Positions 14,118 to 28,515 are shown, counted from the first letter of the stretch. The stretch: 64,000 bases of DNA from Lama glama (GCA_028534125.1 CM052816.1:86058001-86122000), one strand, 5' to 3'. The notes: generated by a model from the letters alone, not told the origin. Numbers and translations: made by a program.

Positions 14118-14870
14118 ATGGCCATTCTGACTGGTGTGAGGTGATACTTCATCGTAGTTTTGGTTTGCATTTCTCTGATAATTAGTGATATTGAGCATTT
14201 TTTCATATGCCTATTGATCATTTGTATTTCTTCCTTGGAAAATTGCTTGTTTAGATCTTCTGCCCACTTTTGGATTGGGTTGTTTGTTTTTTTCTTATTA
14301 TGTCGTATGAGCTGCTTATATATTCTGGAGATTAAGCCTTTGTCGGTTTCATCATTTGCAAAAATTTTCTCCCATTCCATAGGTTGTCGTTTTTTTTTAC
14401 TTATGGTTTCCTTTGCTGTGCAGAAGCTTGTAAGTTTAATTAGGTCCCATTTGTTTATTCTTGCTTTTATTTCTGTTGCTTGGGTAGACCGTCCTAGGAG
14501 AACATTTTTGAGATGTACGTGAGATATTTTCTTCTAGGAGGTTTTGAGATATTTTATTCTAGGAGGTTTATTGTTATCTTGTCTTATGTTTAAATCTTTG
14601 ATCCATTTTGAGTTTTTTCTGTGTATGGTGTAAGGGAGTGTTCTAGCTTCATTGATTTACATGCTGCTGTCCAGTTTTCCCAACACCATTTGCTGAAGAG
14701 ACTGTCTTTATTCCATTGTATATTCTTGCCTCCTTTGTCAAAGATTAGTTGACCAAAAGTTTGTAGGTTCATTTCTGGGTTCTCTATTCTGTTCCATTGG
14801 TCTATATGTCTGTTTTTGTACCAATACCATGCTGTCTTGATTACTGTAGCTGTATGGTATGTCTGAAATC
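14118..14870 (-). mobile_element. Inverted 5' portion of a young L1 (ORF2 fragment)
   Basis: Minus-strand peptides [24 protein letters not shown]...[11 protein letters not shown] and [28 protein letters not shown]. Confidence 0.95.
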
Positions 14871-15656
14871 ATTCAAAAGTCCACAAATAACAAATGCTGG
14901 AGAGGCTGTGGAGAAAAGGGAACCCTCCTACACTGCTGGTGGGAATGCAGTTTGGTGCAGCCACTGTGGAAAACAGTATGGAGATTCCTCAAAAGCCTAG
15001 GAATAGACTCACTGTATGACCCAGGAATCCCACTCCTGGGCATATATCCAGAAGGAACCCTACTTCAGGATGACACCTGTACCCCAATGTTCATAGCAGC
15101 ACTATTTAGAATAGCCAAGACATGGAAACACCCTAAATGTCCATCAAAAGATGACTGGATAAAGAAGAAGTGGTATATTTATACAATGGAATGCTATTCA
15201 GCTATAAAAACCGACAGCATAATGCCATTTGCAGCAACATGGATGTCCCTGGAGAATATCATTCTAAGTGAAGTAAGCCAGAGAGAGAAAGAAAAGTACC
15301 ATGTGAGATCACTCATATGTGGAATCTAAAAAAAATTAAAAATAAATACAAAACAGCAACATACCCATAGACATAGAATACAAACTTGTGGTTGCCAAGA
15401 GGGCAGGGGGTGGGAAGGGACAGACAGGGTTTTCAAAATTTGTAGATACTGACAGGCATATGAAGAATAGATAAACAAGATTATACTGTATAGCACAGAG
15501 AAATATATACAAGATCTTGTGGTAGCTCACAGCAAAAAAAAAATGTGACCGAATATATGTATGTTCATGTATAACTGAAAAATTGTGCTCTACACTGGAA
15601 TTGGGCACAACATTGTAAAATAACTATAACTCAGTAAAAAAAAATGTTTCAAAAAA
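14868..15656 (+). mobile_element. 3' portion of the same young camelid-type L1
   Basis: Open ORF2 C-terminus [27 protein letters not shown]...RSLICGI* (stop at 15329), 3'UTR and A tail; TSD aaa[t/a]gtgaataatgg at 14107-14121 and 15653-15667. Confidence 0.95.
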
Positions 15657-18224
15657 GTGAATAATGGACACAAATGAATGTTTCTGCCCTCATAGACCAA
15701 AATGGGCAAAGTCTCATAACCTAATGAATACTATGAGAATTCCAGAAAATAAGAGTGTTGTTGTAAATATAAGCAGTGTATTGGAGAGGATGTGATTAAG
15801 GGACTGAGGGAGGCTGCTTAATTAAGGGGATTAGGAAAACAGATACTTCATCATGATTTTCCTCGAACTTTTGGAATTTAATGAATTGCACATGTATATC
15901 TTACAATGAATGAAGCCACTAGTTTCAAACTGGGCCCCCGGAATAGAGGAAGAGCCTCCAGAACTCTACTGCGATGCATGCTGAAATAATTCAGCTCTTG
16001 AAAGAGAACAGAACTAATGTGATTTATTTTACAAATTTAAGTTGTGAAAAGTTATTTTGCACAAAGAAAAGTAGGTCTTATAATAATGACTAAGAAGATA
16101 ATTGTCTATGTTGAAGTGTAGTTTCATATAGTATCTTCCCTGTGTCTAACATTATATGCAAAGTAATATTGTATATATTTATATTTCTTTCTCTGTGTTT
16201 AGCTATTATAAAAATAACTTTTTTCAATCTAATCTGAACTCTCTTAAGTGTCTTCATTCAGTGAATTATATATATAAAATTATATGTCTGAAAATAACGA
16301 AATTGAAAATAGATATTACAGCAGAAATAAGCAGAAATTCAGTAACAATGTAAGATATACTCTAAAATTATCCCTCAGGCTCCTTTCTTTATTTTTGATT
16401 TATCTATCCTTTGCCACAAATATAATAAATTACATAACAATGATTTGCAATTTTTTGCGTCGAAAGTGGAACCTTAAAAATGTTAGGTGTCTATATTTCA
16501 AACTTATTGGGTCCAACATACTTTGCCAACCCATTAAGTTCCTTGAATCAGGTGCCTAATTAAAGGCACCGACATTCTGTCCAGTGCTTCAGAGTCAGCC
16601 AGTTATACCTCCAAATAGATGCACCAGTTGTTGAATTATAGATTTGTCCTGCGGAGAATTATTATATTAGTAGTATTTATATATTTATTGACTGTCTAAA
16701 TGGGAAAACTGAAGTTTATTATACGTTAAATTATAGTGGAAGAAACTATAGAGCTTGACCATTCTCTTTTAAAGCCAGTATTTTCTTCATCTCTTTATCG
16801 TGTGAATATAGCACCCATCGACTGTATCTGGCACCTAAATGTCAATTTAACCTTCAGGCTTCACAAATTTCATTCACATTAAACTACATTCTCATAAGTG
16901 CCGAATGTTGCAGGGTCTAAGTACATGCTATGGATCTTTAGTTATAACCGCTCTGCTGTTAGAAAAAAGAGTTAATATTACAGTGTTTATATTCTGGACA
17001 CCTAGGGCATAAATAAATTTTATTTCTCAGATGAGTCACTTAACAAGAGAGCTTGTTCGGGAAACACTGGTTTCCAGTCTATGAAGAAGGAAAAAGAAAC
17101 GCGTGGAATGGAATCAGAGTGTGGAAAGATCAAAATCAAAGTTCACGCTAAATGATGCCTCTTTTCATTCAAGTAAATGTCAGCTATCAGTTTCAGAACA
17201 TTGTCCTGATTTTTAAGAATAGAGCCACGAATACAGAGGGGAATATGATGAAAACACAGATTATAGAACTTTAGGAATTAATAAAATTCTTCATTGCAGA
17301 AAAGAGGGTGATTACTTTTAGCACACAGGACATAGGGGTCATTTTCAGAGGCTGTCTTTGGAAATGTAGCCCTTTAAGTGGCATTTCATTCTGTAATATT
17401 AAAAAGCAGTTTTTATAGGCCAGGTTTTTTTAGCTGAAGTCAAGTGGAATGTAGAAACAGTTTTACAAAAGAGTCACTAAAGAAATGTTCTTTTACCTCT
17501 TTACCTTTGTGATCACAACCCAAAGAGTTTTATTGATCTAAAGCCCAGGAGTGATTTGATGGTCTCTAATCAAAGAAGAACAACTGAAGTAACTGAGCAA
17601 TAATCAAGGTTACTATGCTGCACTTTACAAACAACTCACATGCCAGGTATCCTGTAGGTAATCCATATTACAAACCATCAGCGTCAGGTAGTAAGTTGTA
17701 TACACGCTGGGTGTTAGAAATCCACCCTGACATGCTTGTATTTATTTTCTGATGCTTCTGGAAATGATGTATTACATCATTTGCAATCCTCACAGAATCA
17801 CTGATATTTTATACAATTTTGATCTAATAAAAATGTCGAGTTTTATGATTCATTTTATTCATTTTAATTATTAGATAATCTTTTTTTTAAACTTTGTTAC
17901 TTTAAGCAAATAATGGCAAAACAAAGCAAACTTGAAGACTGAAATGTAATTCATTATTAAGGATTATCACAGAAAACACATAAGCTTTCTATAAGTAAGA
18001 TTCCCAGAGTAATTATTTTCATTAGAAGACATTTGTTTCTGGAGTAAAGTCAGTTTTAAAAAAAGTCTAAAAAATGCCATTGCTTTATGTTTGATCTTAA
18101 TTTAACATGCAATTTAATATAATTGTACAAGAGGATAGAATAGTTTATAATTATTGTATTGAAACACCATTGTCCTACTTGGACCCAACTGTACACAACA
18201 GTTCCTGACCAATACTATCAATTA

Positions 18225-18570
18225 AGATACTGATGGATGTTCATATTAATATCCCAACTCCAAATGGTTTGAACAAGATGTTCATTAGCCCACTTCAAAA
18301 TCTAAAGGTATGACTATTTAAAGGTAGGTTAATTCAGAGGCATAAAAAAAAAAGCCATCTGTTACACAGGATATTTTTTTCATCCTCTAGGCTGCCTTCC
18401 TTAGTAGTTTGACTTTTATACCAAGGAGGACATTTTCCCCAGAGATTGCCCTACACAAGATTCCACCTTGTGTCCTTTGGCCAGAATGACATAATATGCC
18501 CATTTTTACATGAATCACTAGCACCCAGAAAGGAATGACCATGGGTATTTTAACTTAATGAAAAGTAATC
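18225..18570 (-). mobile_element. Old MaLR LTR (MLT1K/L-like)
   Basis: Degenerate cccaactccaaatggtttgaacaag...ttggccagaatgacataatatgccc...aatcactagc. Confidence 0.5.
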
Positions 18571-21500
18571 CCTGTCTCTGGGGAGGATGGGGGAATGGGT
18601 ATGGACAAATGAGAGGTTCTCCATAGAAAAAAGGAAACAAGTATTAAGCAGATAAAAGTGCATTTTTCACACGAACAGTGCTGGGAACACTTGGCTTATT
18701 AGGAGAAACTTTGTGAATCAATAAACTAATTTGACTCCTCCTGTAAACCCAAGGGGAAAAAAAGAGGGAGAATTATTCAAAATGAGGAGATTATATGTAT
18801 TTTCCCCTGAAAAGGTAGGCTAGCATTGATTTTTAAAAGCTAGTTGGTCCCAGAAAGTAGGGCAGGATTTGAAGTTATTTTTAATAATATTCTGTCTGTC
18901 ATGAATTTGAAATAAACAGTACTAAAATATATTTGAATGATTTGAGCAGTGTTGACATGTCTCCTACTTTTTGCTTGAAATCTGACTATCATTTCTTAAC
19001 CTTTGATTTTAAGTCTTTTAAGAGAAACACTTTATATTTACATAGCATATTCCATTTAAGGAGCAAGAAGCAGTCCATAAGTTGATTCACTAACTATAGA
19101 CCATGTTCTGCACTTAATTATTCACCATTATATTCCTATTTAGAATCTTAGGACAAAAAAATATAATTTCTCCGATACTGAAATAAATTCAGTCATGTCT
19201 GCTGGGCTATTTGGAAGCTATGCAATTGTATAAATTAACACTCAGTAACAGCTTAGAATTGCTCCCAAACATTTTAACTATAGAAACACATCAAAAGTCA
19301 CTTGCTGATATCTAACTAGAGAGAAAGTAAGAAGGGAGAAAAGGGAGGGGGACAGAGGGGAGGGAAAGAAAGCAAAGGAGAGGGTAGGAGAAGGAAAAAA
19401 TGTGTCAAGAAAAGTAAATGAGAAATATATTAATCTATTAAAAAAAAGTTCAGTGAAGTTAAATTAACTGCTTTATTTAGAAAAAAATCATGTATGCCAT
19501 TATTCTTGTGAAATTAAGTAATTATAGAGCCCCAAAATATATTTGAAAGGAATTGTCAATTTTTGGATTAAAAACAGGTTATATTATTTATTGTAATACC
19601 ACAATCCTCATCTTTATTCAAGTAATTTCCTGTACTTTTTAAAGTGAGCAATAAATTCTAAAGCAATGAAGTCCCTGAGATTAAAGTAAGATCCTACAGT
19701 GTTTGACTCAATCAGAAACCAAATCAAATATTACCTCCTAGATTTAACACAGATATGATTTTAAGAAGAGACAGGGTCATAGGCTGAAAGATAGATTCTC
19801 AGAAAATAGAAATTGGTTTAAATGTACTGCTTACTGTGTTTTAAAACATGTTGTTATTGTTCAAGAAATCTAAATTTCATTCATTTAGCTGAAGAATAAC
19901 AATAATAAAATAGATCTTTGTTAAGTAATATAGAAACAAATTAATACATATATGTATATACATGTATATATGTGCATATGAGACTGAATTTGTGTGTTTC
20001 TTGTATAGACAGAAGTTTGTGTATACACAAATAAACATAAAAATTTAATTCAAAATATGATTTTAAGTTGATATTGGCTGTGGTTTATATTAAGTGCTGT
20101 AGTATTTCAGCCTATTTTCAAATGTCAATAGTACCCAATAATTGTATATTTTGCAGAATATCAAAAAGGAATTAAGAATTTATTTTAAACTTAATTAATA
20201 TTATCTAAAAATTTGCTACATACATACAAAAAAACCTAATACTCAAGAGGAACACACCAGAAAACAAGCAGTTTAAAATGATGAACTATTTTACATAATT
20301 GTAGTTTGGTTAGGTAGAAAAACATCAATTGTTTTTGACCTTAGTTTCTAACAAGGTTAAGAATACATTTAGGAAAATCTAAGAAGCTTCATATGTATTG
20401 ATTTAATATTCATTTACATTCAGTTATAGTATAAACTTGAAAATAATAAAATCATGCCAATATGTTTACTATATATATGAAAATTTGTGGGTAATATTCT
20501 GGATTTAAATAGCATTAAAATTGATTACATACTAAATATAAACATCTGCCTTTGAAAAGCTTTTTAAAAAAGTATTAGTTAAAATCTAGAGAACTTGTTT
20601 TATAATTATAATTTATCCAAGTAACATGTATAATAATATGGGTGTATATTCTTTACTGATGATCTTAAGTAACTTTGATTTGAAAATCAGATAATTTAAG
20701 TGGAAAACAGTCATTGACTCAACATTCTTTCATTAAGATGGTGGACATAATGACCAGCCCTGAACTATTAAATAGCTTTTTGTTGTCTGATTGTGGTGTT
20801 ACTGTATGCTAAGGGCCCCCCCACCCCGAATTTCATGGGTAGGTATCTGGCTTAAGCTTATTATTTGTAGTTTTGGTAAATACATGCATAAGCTCTGAGT
20901 TTATTTTTTATGCTGTAGGCCAATTTGAGTCCTGTAAACATGATCCTCATGTTAAGTTGTATAGGTCAAAAAGCCCACACTGTCCTAGAACATTTATGAA
21001 GAATATGGTTATTCTCATTTTAATTTCAGTGGATACAAAATAGTTTTATCTGTATATAACTTTTTTTTCCCCCTGAACTAGTATGGACCTCACAGAAATA
21101 CACCTGAATGGCCCAGGTAAAGGATATGGAATATTGATACTGAACTTTTCCCTTGGGAGAGCTTTCTGAGTTCTACGTGTCTTAAACCCAAACAGGGCTT
21201 TCCTTTACTAAGATTGTGGGACAGACTATACATGCTGTTTATTGCTCTCCTTGTTCTCCCTCCCTATCTCCTCTCCTCTCCTCCTTTCTCTCATGTATTC
21301 ATGCAACACACATTGCTTGACAACTCCTGCTTGTTTAACACGAATGCTGTGGCTGAAAGTCTGTAGACTCACCTAGGATATCAAGATAGTAGCATAAAGG
21401 GCTCTAACAGTTTAGCCAGTTATAGAGATCTGTTTTCAAAATGTCACGTTGTTCATAGACAGTCATTGGTTTGTTTGACAATCACTGAATATGCTTAATG

Positions 21501-23204
21501 GGCTGTTTTATTGGCTTCTATTGACTCTCATATAATTTAGTTAGAACCAACAACAAATCTGAATTACCCCCATTAAATTGACTCTGCATGCTGATTAGTT
21601 ATGAAATACAGTATTTTTTTGAAAACCAGTTCTTTATTCATATTGATAATTCCAATGTTTTCTCATATCTTCTGGCTTTCAATTCATGATAAAGAGAGGA
21701 CACCTTGAAACTTCATAAAGTTATTCTAAACTTATTGAAATGATTTTTTTTGATCCCTAAAATCCAAAGTTTGGATCACAGATCTGGAGTAGATTTAGAT
21801 ACCTGACCAAATCATTTATGTATATTAGTGCATCCATGTACCTGAATAATATACTCAGAAAGTTTGAATTAAAGTCTTATTTACCGGCGCAGACATGTTC
21901 TATCCTCACTTGGCTACTGGTTTACTAAATATGTGACTCCATATCTTATAACCAGGGAAAGCTGAGATACTGTATTGGCCTGGTGCCACATTTCAGTAAC
22001 TGAGTAACAAACTCACTTTGTTTACATTGATATGATTCCCTTGAAAAATGTTAACACACTTCATATAACCAATAACTATACCATATGTTTACCAAGAATT
22101 TAGGTATGTATAAGAATTTTTGGAAACTTCAACATTCACTGATTCACTAGGGTGACTCATTAGACATGAACATCTGAAAAACCCATCCCGTAAGGAGTCA
22201 TTATATGAAAAGCCCAAACAAAGCGCAGGTTTGGTTCAAGGAAATGAAAGGGGCAGGTGTCAAAGGAATGATTCTAAGATGATCAGTACCTAGTATTCAG
22301 ATTGCCATTTCCCATAGTGCACAGTTATCATCAGATCTAAGCCTGTATCTGTTGCTGATAGAAATCTACAATAAAGAGTGGGGAAAAACTAAAATTTGGG
22401 GGACAATGAGATCAAAGATAAAAATATTTGTATCATAGCCAAAGCTACAGCAGTGTCTGAAAACTGGATCCTCTACAATGAGCTGGAATTTCTGGAAGGA
22501 GTATAGAGGAATGGTGCCATTCTGTAGCAGACATGACTTAGGCACACTATTGCACTGAGAGCAGCAATAGGAAGTGTGAGGAGTCTGAAAGGGAGTATTG
22601 TATTGGAGGTCAAACCATACTCAAATGGCAATTGATCTCTCTTCAAACTTGTTCTTAAAAACTTATTTGTGGCTCCAGTTTCTACTTAACGTTTGGTAGA
22701 TATTAACTATTTTGACATTCAAAATAATCTAAATGCATATTAGTTTTCTATACATTTTTCCAGTATGAGTATATTTCAACTATCTATGATGGAAGCTACG
22801 ATAAAAATCATTACTTTTGAATTACTTTTTAACTTTTATTATTTTTTTAAAAAAGACAGGCTATGCCTATCAAATGCCAAATAAAAGTGTTCTTAAAGTA
22901 ATTATGTAATTTATGAATTCTAGAGTAAACTAGGCAGGTGAGGTATATCTCAGTAGTACTTTTACTAATTACATCAGTCACAAGAGCATTTCAGGTGGTG
23001 GTGGGTGTATGTGTTTCCTCTTACAGTTTCATTTTAGAATCATTGTATATTCATTTGAATCATTTTGTAATGATATAAGAACTTTTTAACTAAGACATTA
23101 TGTATATAATTGAGATATGAAAAAATTTCTGTGTTTACTAGGATAATGTCATTTTTATTAGTTTTAATCTTTTACATTTAAATTTTTCAGTTAATATTCT
23201 TTTA

Positions 23205-24880
23205 AACTAGAATTGTGAAAGTTTGGGGGTCTCAGGACTATTTTATAATCATAAAGAGAAAAAAATACCAATTTGTGATTTTTATGTGATATATATGTAT
23301 ATATTTATTACTGTACTAGCCAATAAACATGAGAAACTTTTAAAATTTGATAAATGAATTAACTTTAAAATACAAAAAATAAACCCATTACATACTAACA
23401 CAATAAACATTTATAACAGAATGTTCTCTAAAACAACAATAAAATTACTCAAAGGAATTATATTGTTCTCTGTTTTTACACACATCTTTAAAATCTGCTT
23501 AATAGAAGATGTCTTGACTCTTGTGTCCATTTCTGTATTCAATTTGTTACAAGATATTTTGGTTGAAAGATATAAAGGATATCCAGGAAAGGATGAGCAA
23601 CTAAATAGCTTCTGAGATCACTGTGGATATTCACCTTGATCCAAGCTAAAACTGGATAAGTGAAATATGAAACAATACCAATGGACTTGTCATGGTCTAT
23701 TATATTGAAAGCAATGTCCGTGTTCCACTTGAAATGGATCTATTATCCATGTATAATTTTATCATTGGTTATTTTGAAAAATATTGCTATACTAAGTTAT
23801 GCAGATCTTCCAAAAGTTTATATCACATTTATTAATATTACCATTGATTTCCTGAAAAAATTATTTTAGTCTTGAGAAGCCATCAGTTTACAGTATCCAA
23901 AATTCTAGTTTTTTGCCCCAGAACATTCATTTTGTCAATAGCAATAATCAGAGACAGATGTTTTCCCTAAAGTGAGTTACTCACTTATATTTTCTGTAAA
24001 ATGTTTGCAAAACATCAAAGTCTGAATTAGCATTATTTCTTTTCAAGTGATTCTTTCAGTATAAATTATCTTCCTTTGAAGGAAAAAGTGTTTAGTTTAG
24101 CTCACAACTCAAATGATCACACATACATTTTCTGGAAACAACCAGCAGAAGCTCTTAATGTGGACTTCCAATCTTTGTAGTATTATTCAAGATAGCCAAG
24201 ATATGGAAACAAGCCAAATGTCCATCAACACACAAATAGATAAAGACAATGTGGTATGCACATATAATAGAATATCATTTAGTCTTAAAAAAGAGGAAAA
24301 TTCTCTCATACTTTGCAACATGGATGTACCTGGAAGACATTATGCTAAGTGAAATAAGTCAGTCACAGAAGGACAAATACTGCATGATTCCACTTATATG
24401 GGTTATCTAAAATAGTCAGACTTGTAGGAGCAGAAAATAGAATGGTGGTTGCCAAAGGATGGGAAAGGGGAAATAAGAATTGTCATTCAATGAATATAAA
24501 GTTACAGTTATACAAGACGGAAAAGTTCTAGACATCTGCTGTATAACATAATGCCAGAAGTTAACAAATGGTGAGCTAGCTTGATCAAACACTTAAAAAC
24601 TTGTTAAGAGGGTAGATTTCATATTAACTATTCTTAACACACACAAGGAAACTTTTGGAGGTGATATATCTATTTATTTCCTTAATCATTGTGGTACACA
24701 CATACACAGTGTGTAACTATATCCAAATTCATCAAATTGTATATGTTAAATATGTGCTTTTTTGTTCATCATTCATCAGTAAAGCTATAAAGAAAGCAAC
24801 TTGGAAAGCTGTGTACTCAAGGTCGAGATATAAATTGAAAATTTTAAGATGCTTCAGGGCATTTTCATTTGTCTTTTGAA
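23205..24880 (-). mobile_element. Charlie1-like hAT DNA transposon remnant, split by an L1
   Basis: gcttaatagaagatgtcttgactc, aagttatgcagatcttccaaa, tttagctcacaactcaaatgatcacac; resumes after the L1 at gtgtactcaaggtcgagat (~24810). Confidence 0.75.
24175..24795 (+). mobile_element. L1MA/L1MB-type 3' end inserted in Charlie1
   Basis: gatagccaagatatggaaacaagccaaatgtccatc...tatgctaagtgaaataagtcagtcacagaaggac...gaaacttttggaggtgat. Confidence 0.85.
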
Positions 24881-25288
24881 AAGATATTACAATATTTGGC
24901 TTTTAAAGAGCAAATCATGTCTATGTTTAACATAGAGAACTCTGATTTTATCTTTTTTCAGCAACTTTATACATAGATGGTACAACTGTGAGTTGAGAAA
25001 GCAAGTCATCTAATCTCCTTTTCTAAGCCAATATCTATTCTTAACTACAAGAAAATATATTCTAACTAAAATTCTAAAAAAAAAATCAGCTTCAGATAAA
25101 TAAAAGTTCCTTCAAATTTTTAAAAATATTGCACAAGAAAACTATATTTTGTGTGTGTTTCTGTGTAAATGCAGAAAACTTTGAGATTTCTAAACTAATG
25201 ATGAGTTATAGGACAATAGTAAGATTACAGAGATGGCACATAGCTAATAAGAGTAGGAACTCTGAAAGGAAACTGAGTTAATCTCTGA

Positions 25289-25289
<1 letters not shown>

Positions 25290-25320
<31 letters not shown>

Positions 25321-25345
25321 TATATATATATATATATATATGTAT
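25290..25345. repeat. Compound microsatellite (TCAA)n(TA)n
   Basis: Directly visible. Confidence 0.95.
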
Positions 25346-27674
25346 ACACACATGTATCTTTCTTCCTAGCTACCTAGTATCTATCTATCCACTGACTACA
25401 TGAGAATATTCTAGGAAACATAAGAATATACATCAGAATATACAGTACAGAATGCCACTCAGATTCCATAAATCATAAGAGCAACTACCTTGTCAAAGTC
25501 ATGTAGCATTCAGATAACTGCACTTTACAATTATGAGAGAATATCAGTGAAAACAAAAAATAATGTCTTTGTGTTACTGTGGAAATATATTTGACCTTTG
25601 GTCTCTCTGAAAGAATTCTGCGTCAGACTTTAAGAACCACTAGTTTTTGGAATGATTTCCATTCCCAGAACATTTATCTTTATTTCCTAGGAAATGGTTC
25701 ACTTCGCTCATCTCTTTTTCTCTTTTATGGTATGCATATGTTTGAATTGAATATAGCTAAAGAAAAATATAAATATGTTGAACACTCTCATACCAAGGAA
25801 ACCTGCAAATATATTTTTAACACACATACAAAATCATTGAGTCTTCTTTTTTTTATTTTTGCAGATCATTAATAAAATTAATTTTGAATATTTTAAGTAT
25901 AATTATTTTCTTCAATGTTTTGAATTGATTTCTCAAATTTAAGCATTTACTTTTTTCCTGAAATAAAAGTGTAAATTGTGTGTTCCATTTATTGTAGAAA
26001 AATTGAAAAATGAAAGATTTTTACACTATTAAAATTATCCTAAGATTCAGCATACACAAATAATGAATCAGATTGTTTTCTGAATTCCCTTAATATTACA
26101 ATAATATTATATTATTTATTATTTATAGACCATACAAGAATAACATTCATTTAAAGTACTGTTGTAACTCTAGGGTTGTGTGTATATGTAGGTTTAGATG
26201 TCTATGAATGTTTGAGTTTGTATCTATTATATTTGTATTCAACAAAATTCTCTACAACTAGATTTTCTATTCTTTTCATTGATCTAATAGATGTATATTT
26301 TGTTGAAGTACAGCATTGTTTTACTTTTTGTAAAGAAATAATGTGTTTAAATAGAAGGTAGTACAACTAGTCTGCATTTTTTCAAATATATTTGGTATCT
26401 ACTATCTGTGCCTGTATTGAAATTTGGGAATAACTTTATGTAATTGAAAAATGGGCTTATGCTGATAGAGTATATTAAAATAGAAATTTTATTCAGAAAA
26501 ATTATAGTATTGATTTAGGCAAGAATTCAATCATATTGTACTATTATATTTTGATCAGTATGATGTATTCATAATGGAGTCAGAAACTTCTAGGAAAAAA
26601 CCTATCATTTGGGTTATCTTATTGAAGTAGAATATTCATTCCATTTTTACTTTTTATCCTGTTCTAATGTTAGCTTCTTGTATTCTAGACTGTCAACTCC
26701 TCTGTTAATTATAGCAACTAGCCAACACTTATCAGTCTTCGCTATTGTTCTTCTACTTCTTGCAGGATATCATTAAATAATCATGGTGGGAATTCCCTTC
26801 TTATTTTTTAATTTTCGGTAGACTGCTGCAAGTAGTTTATCATTAAGTATGTCACTGTTTCATAGATTGATTTAATCATCATGTTCAGGATTCTCTTTAA
26901 TTAAACTTATGGTATTTTCTTTTATAAAATAACACATTTCTTTATGTTTGAATATCTTTTCAGAAGTTTCTTGGTGATATGTGTTATAAGATTAATTTTT
27001 AGATGAAGTGAGATCAGTCATAGCATTGTATTTCCCAAAGGACAGCATGTGAATCTGAACTTGGCTTAGATTTAAATTCTAGTAATACCTTTATTAAATC
27101 ATACTTGTTGGGTAGGTTTAGATGCAACCAATTAAGTTTGCACTTTTCTAACATGTGATTCTTATGGTCCACGCATGCAGTAAGATAATACTAAAATCAC
27201 TACACTACTACTTCACTTTTTAATTCTCTGAATTGACACAATACATGAGAAAATTCAAACCATTGCTAAACTGCTCCTAGGAATTTTCTTCTTTGTACTG
27301 TTACCTCTTAATTTAATTAAGTGTTCTATAAATCTTACTGTTCCCTAACTCTGCTTTGCAATCTTTCCCTTGGAAATTGCCATTTCTGAATAGGTTAATT
27401 TAAAATGACTCCAGCCACTATTCATTATTTACTATTATTCAATAGTTTTCAAGAAAGAAGTAGCATCTGAATGATTGCAAATCAACTTTTGTTACAAATA
27501 TATGGCCACTCAAAATTTTGGTTAGTATAATCTTGATTTTGTGGATTAGGGGACAGAATGTGAGGTGTAAATCATGACTTTTCCCCCCTTGTTTCAGTTG
27601 AATTCATTGTGCTCAAGTTTGTGTGCCATAAAATGAAACAGGGACATAATTTTTTTCTCAAGGCGTTTTTAGAT

Positions 27675-28515
27675 TGTTTACAAAAATGACTTTAATTATC
27701 CCACTCTCTGTAATCATGTCCCTTGCAAATTGATTCTGCAATGCTTTCCATCAAGAAAAGGAATCTCCTCTACTCTTTGAATCTAAGTTGGCTTTATGAT
27801 TTATTTAAATTAGTGTAATATAAAGTTGCAGGTTTCCAGTTCCAAGCCATAGCCCCCAAATATCTGTGTTTCAGATCTCCCTTTTGGGTCCTTCCCACTT
27901 CTATGGGACAAATGCTGGAGGAGAGCTCATTTTTCCAGACATCCATTCTAGATCAGCAAAGAGCAGAGCTGCCTATGTGTAACCACAAACACATAGGAGA
28001 GCATAGCTGGAACCAGAAAAAGCCACTCAACCAATCATTGTAATGAGTCTGACTCTGTGTGTTTGATATTGCCTGCTGACAAATTTTGGGCCTCAACCCT
28101 CCCTCTTTCTCTTCTGTCTCAAATCTGGGAAATCTGATAAGAATATCTGTGTACTCCCTCCTGTGGTGCTGGCAGGATTTCAAACCATAGAAGCCCCTAG
28201 CTGCACACAAGTACCACACCCTGGCCCCACTCTCTAACCATCATGAAAACTGAAGCCTTTTCCCCTTTCCATGAACTCTCTTTTTAGACCAGCTAGGCAA
28301 CCTTACCAAAAAACCCACATTATATAAGTAATAAACTTCTTCTACGTCCTCTTTTTCTGTGTATGAGATCATCTGTCTTGATACTTAAATTAAATTTGGG
28401 TTAGGAGGGGCTGGTCCATCCTGCTTCCGGGGAATGTCTAAAACAGCCGTAGACTTATGAAAGGCATAATAAGTATTGTTTTAAGCCATTGAAATTTTCA
28501 GGTATCATTGTGATT
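27675..28515 (+). mobile_element. MLT1 (F/G/H-like) LTR split by MER74
   Basis: ccatcaagaaaaggaatct...ctttgaatctaagttggc...ccagttccaagcc; 3' end tattgttttaagccattgaaatttt at ~28475. Confidence 0.65.
28055..28445 (+). mobile_element. MER74-like ERVL LTR
   Basis: ctgataagaa...ctccctcctgtggtgctggcagg...caaaccatagaagcccct...gtaataaac...ccatcctgc...aaaca. Confidence 0.75.

Noticed and set aside
12500..15608. Cluster of long ORFs on both strands
   Set aside because: All are L1 ORF2 fragments or their antisense frames, not host genes.
22100..22650. Purine-rich stretch resembling coding sequence or an old repeat
   Set aside because: No sustained open frame, and I could not assign a family with confidence.
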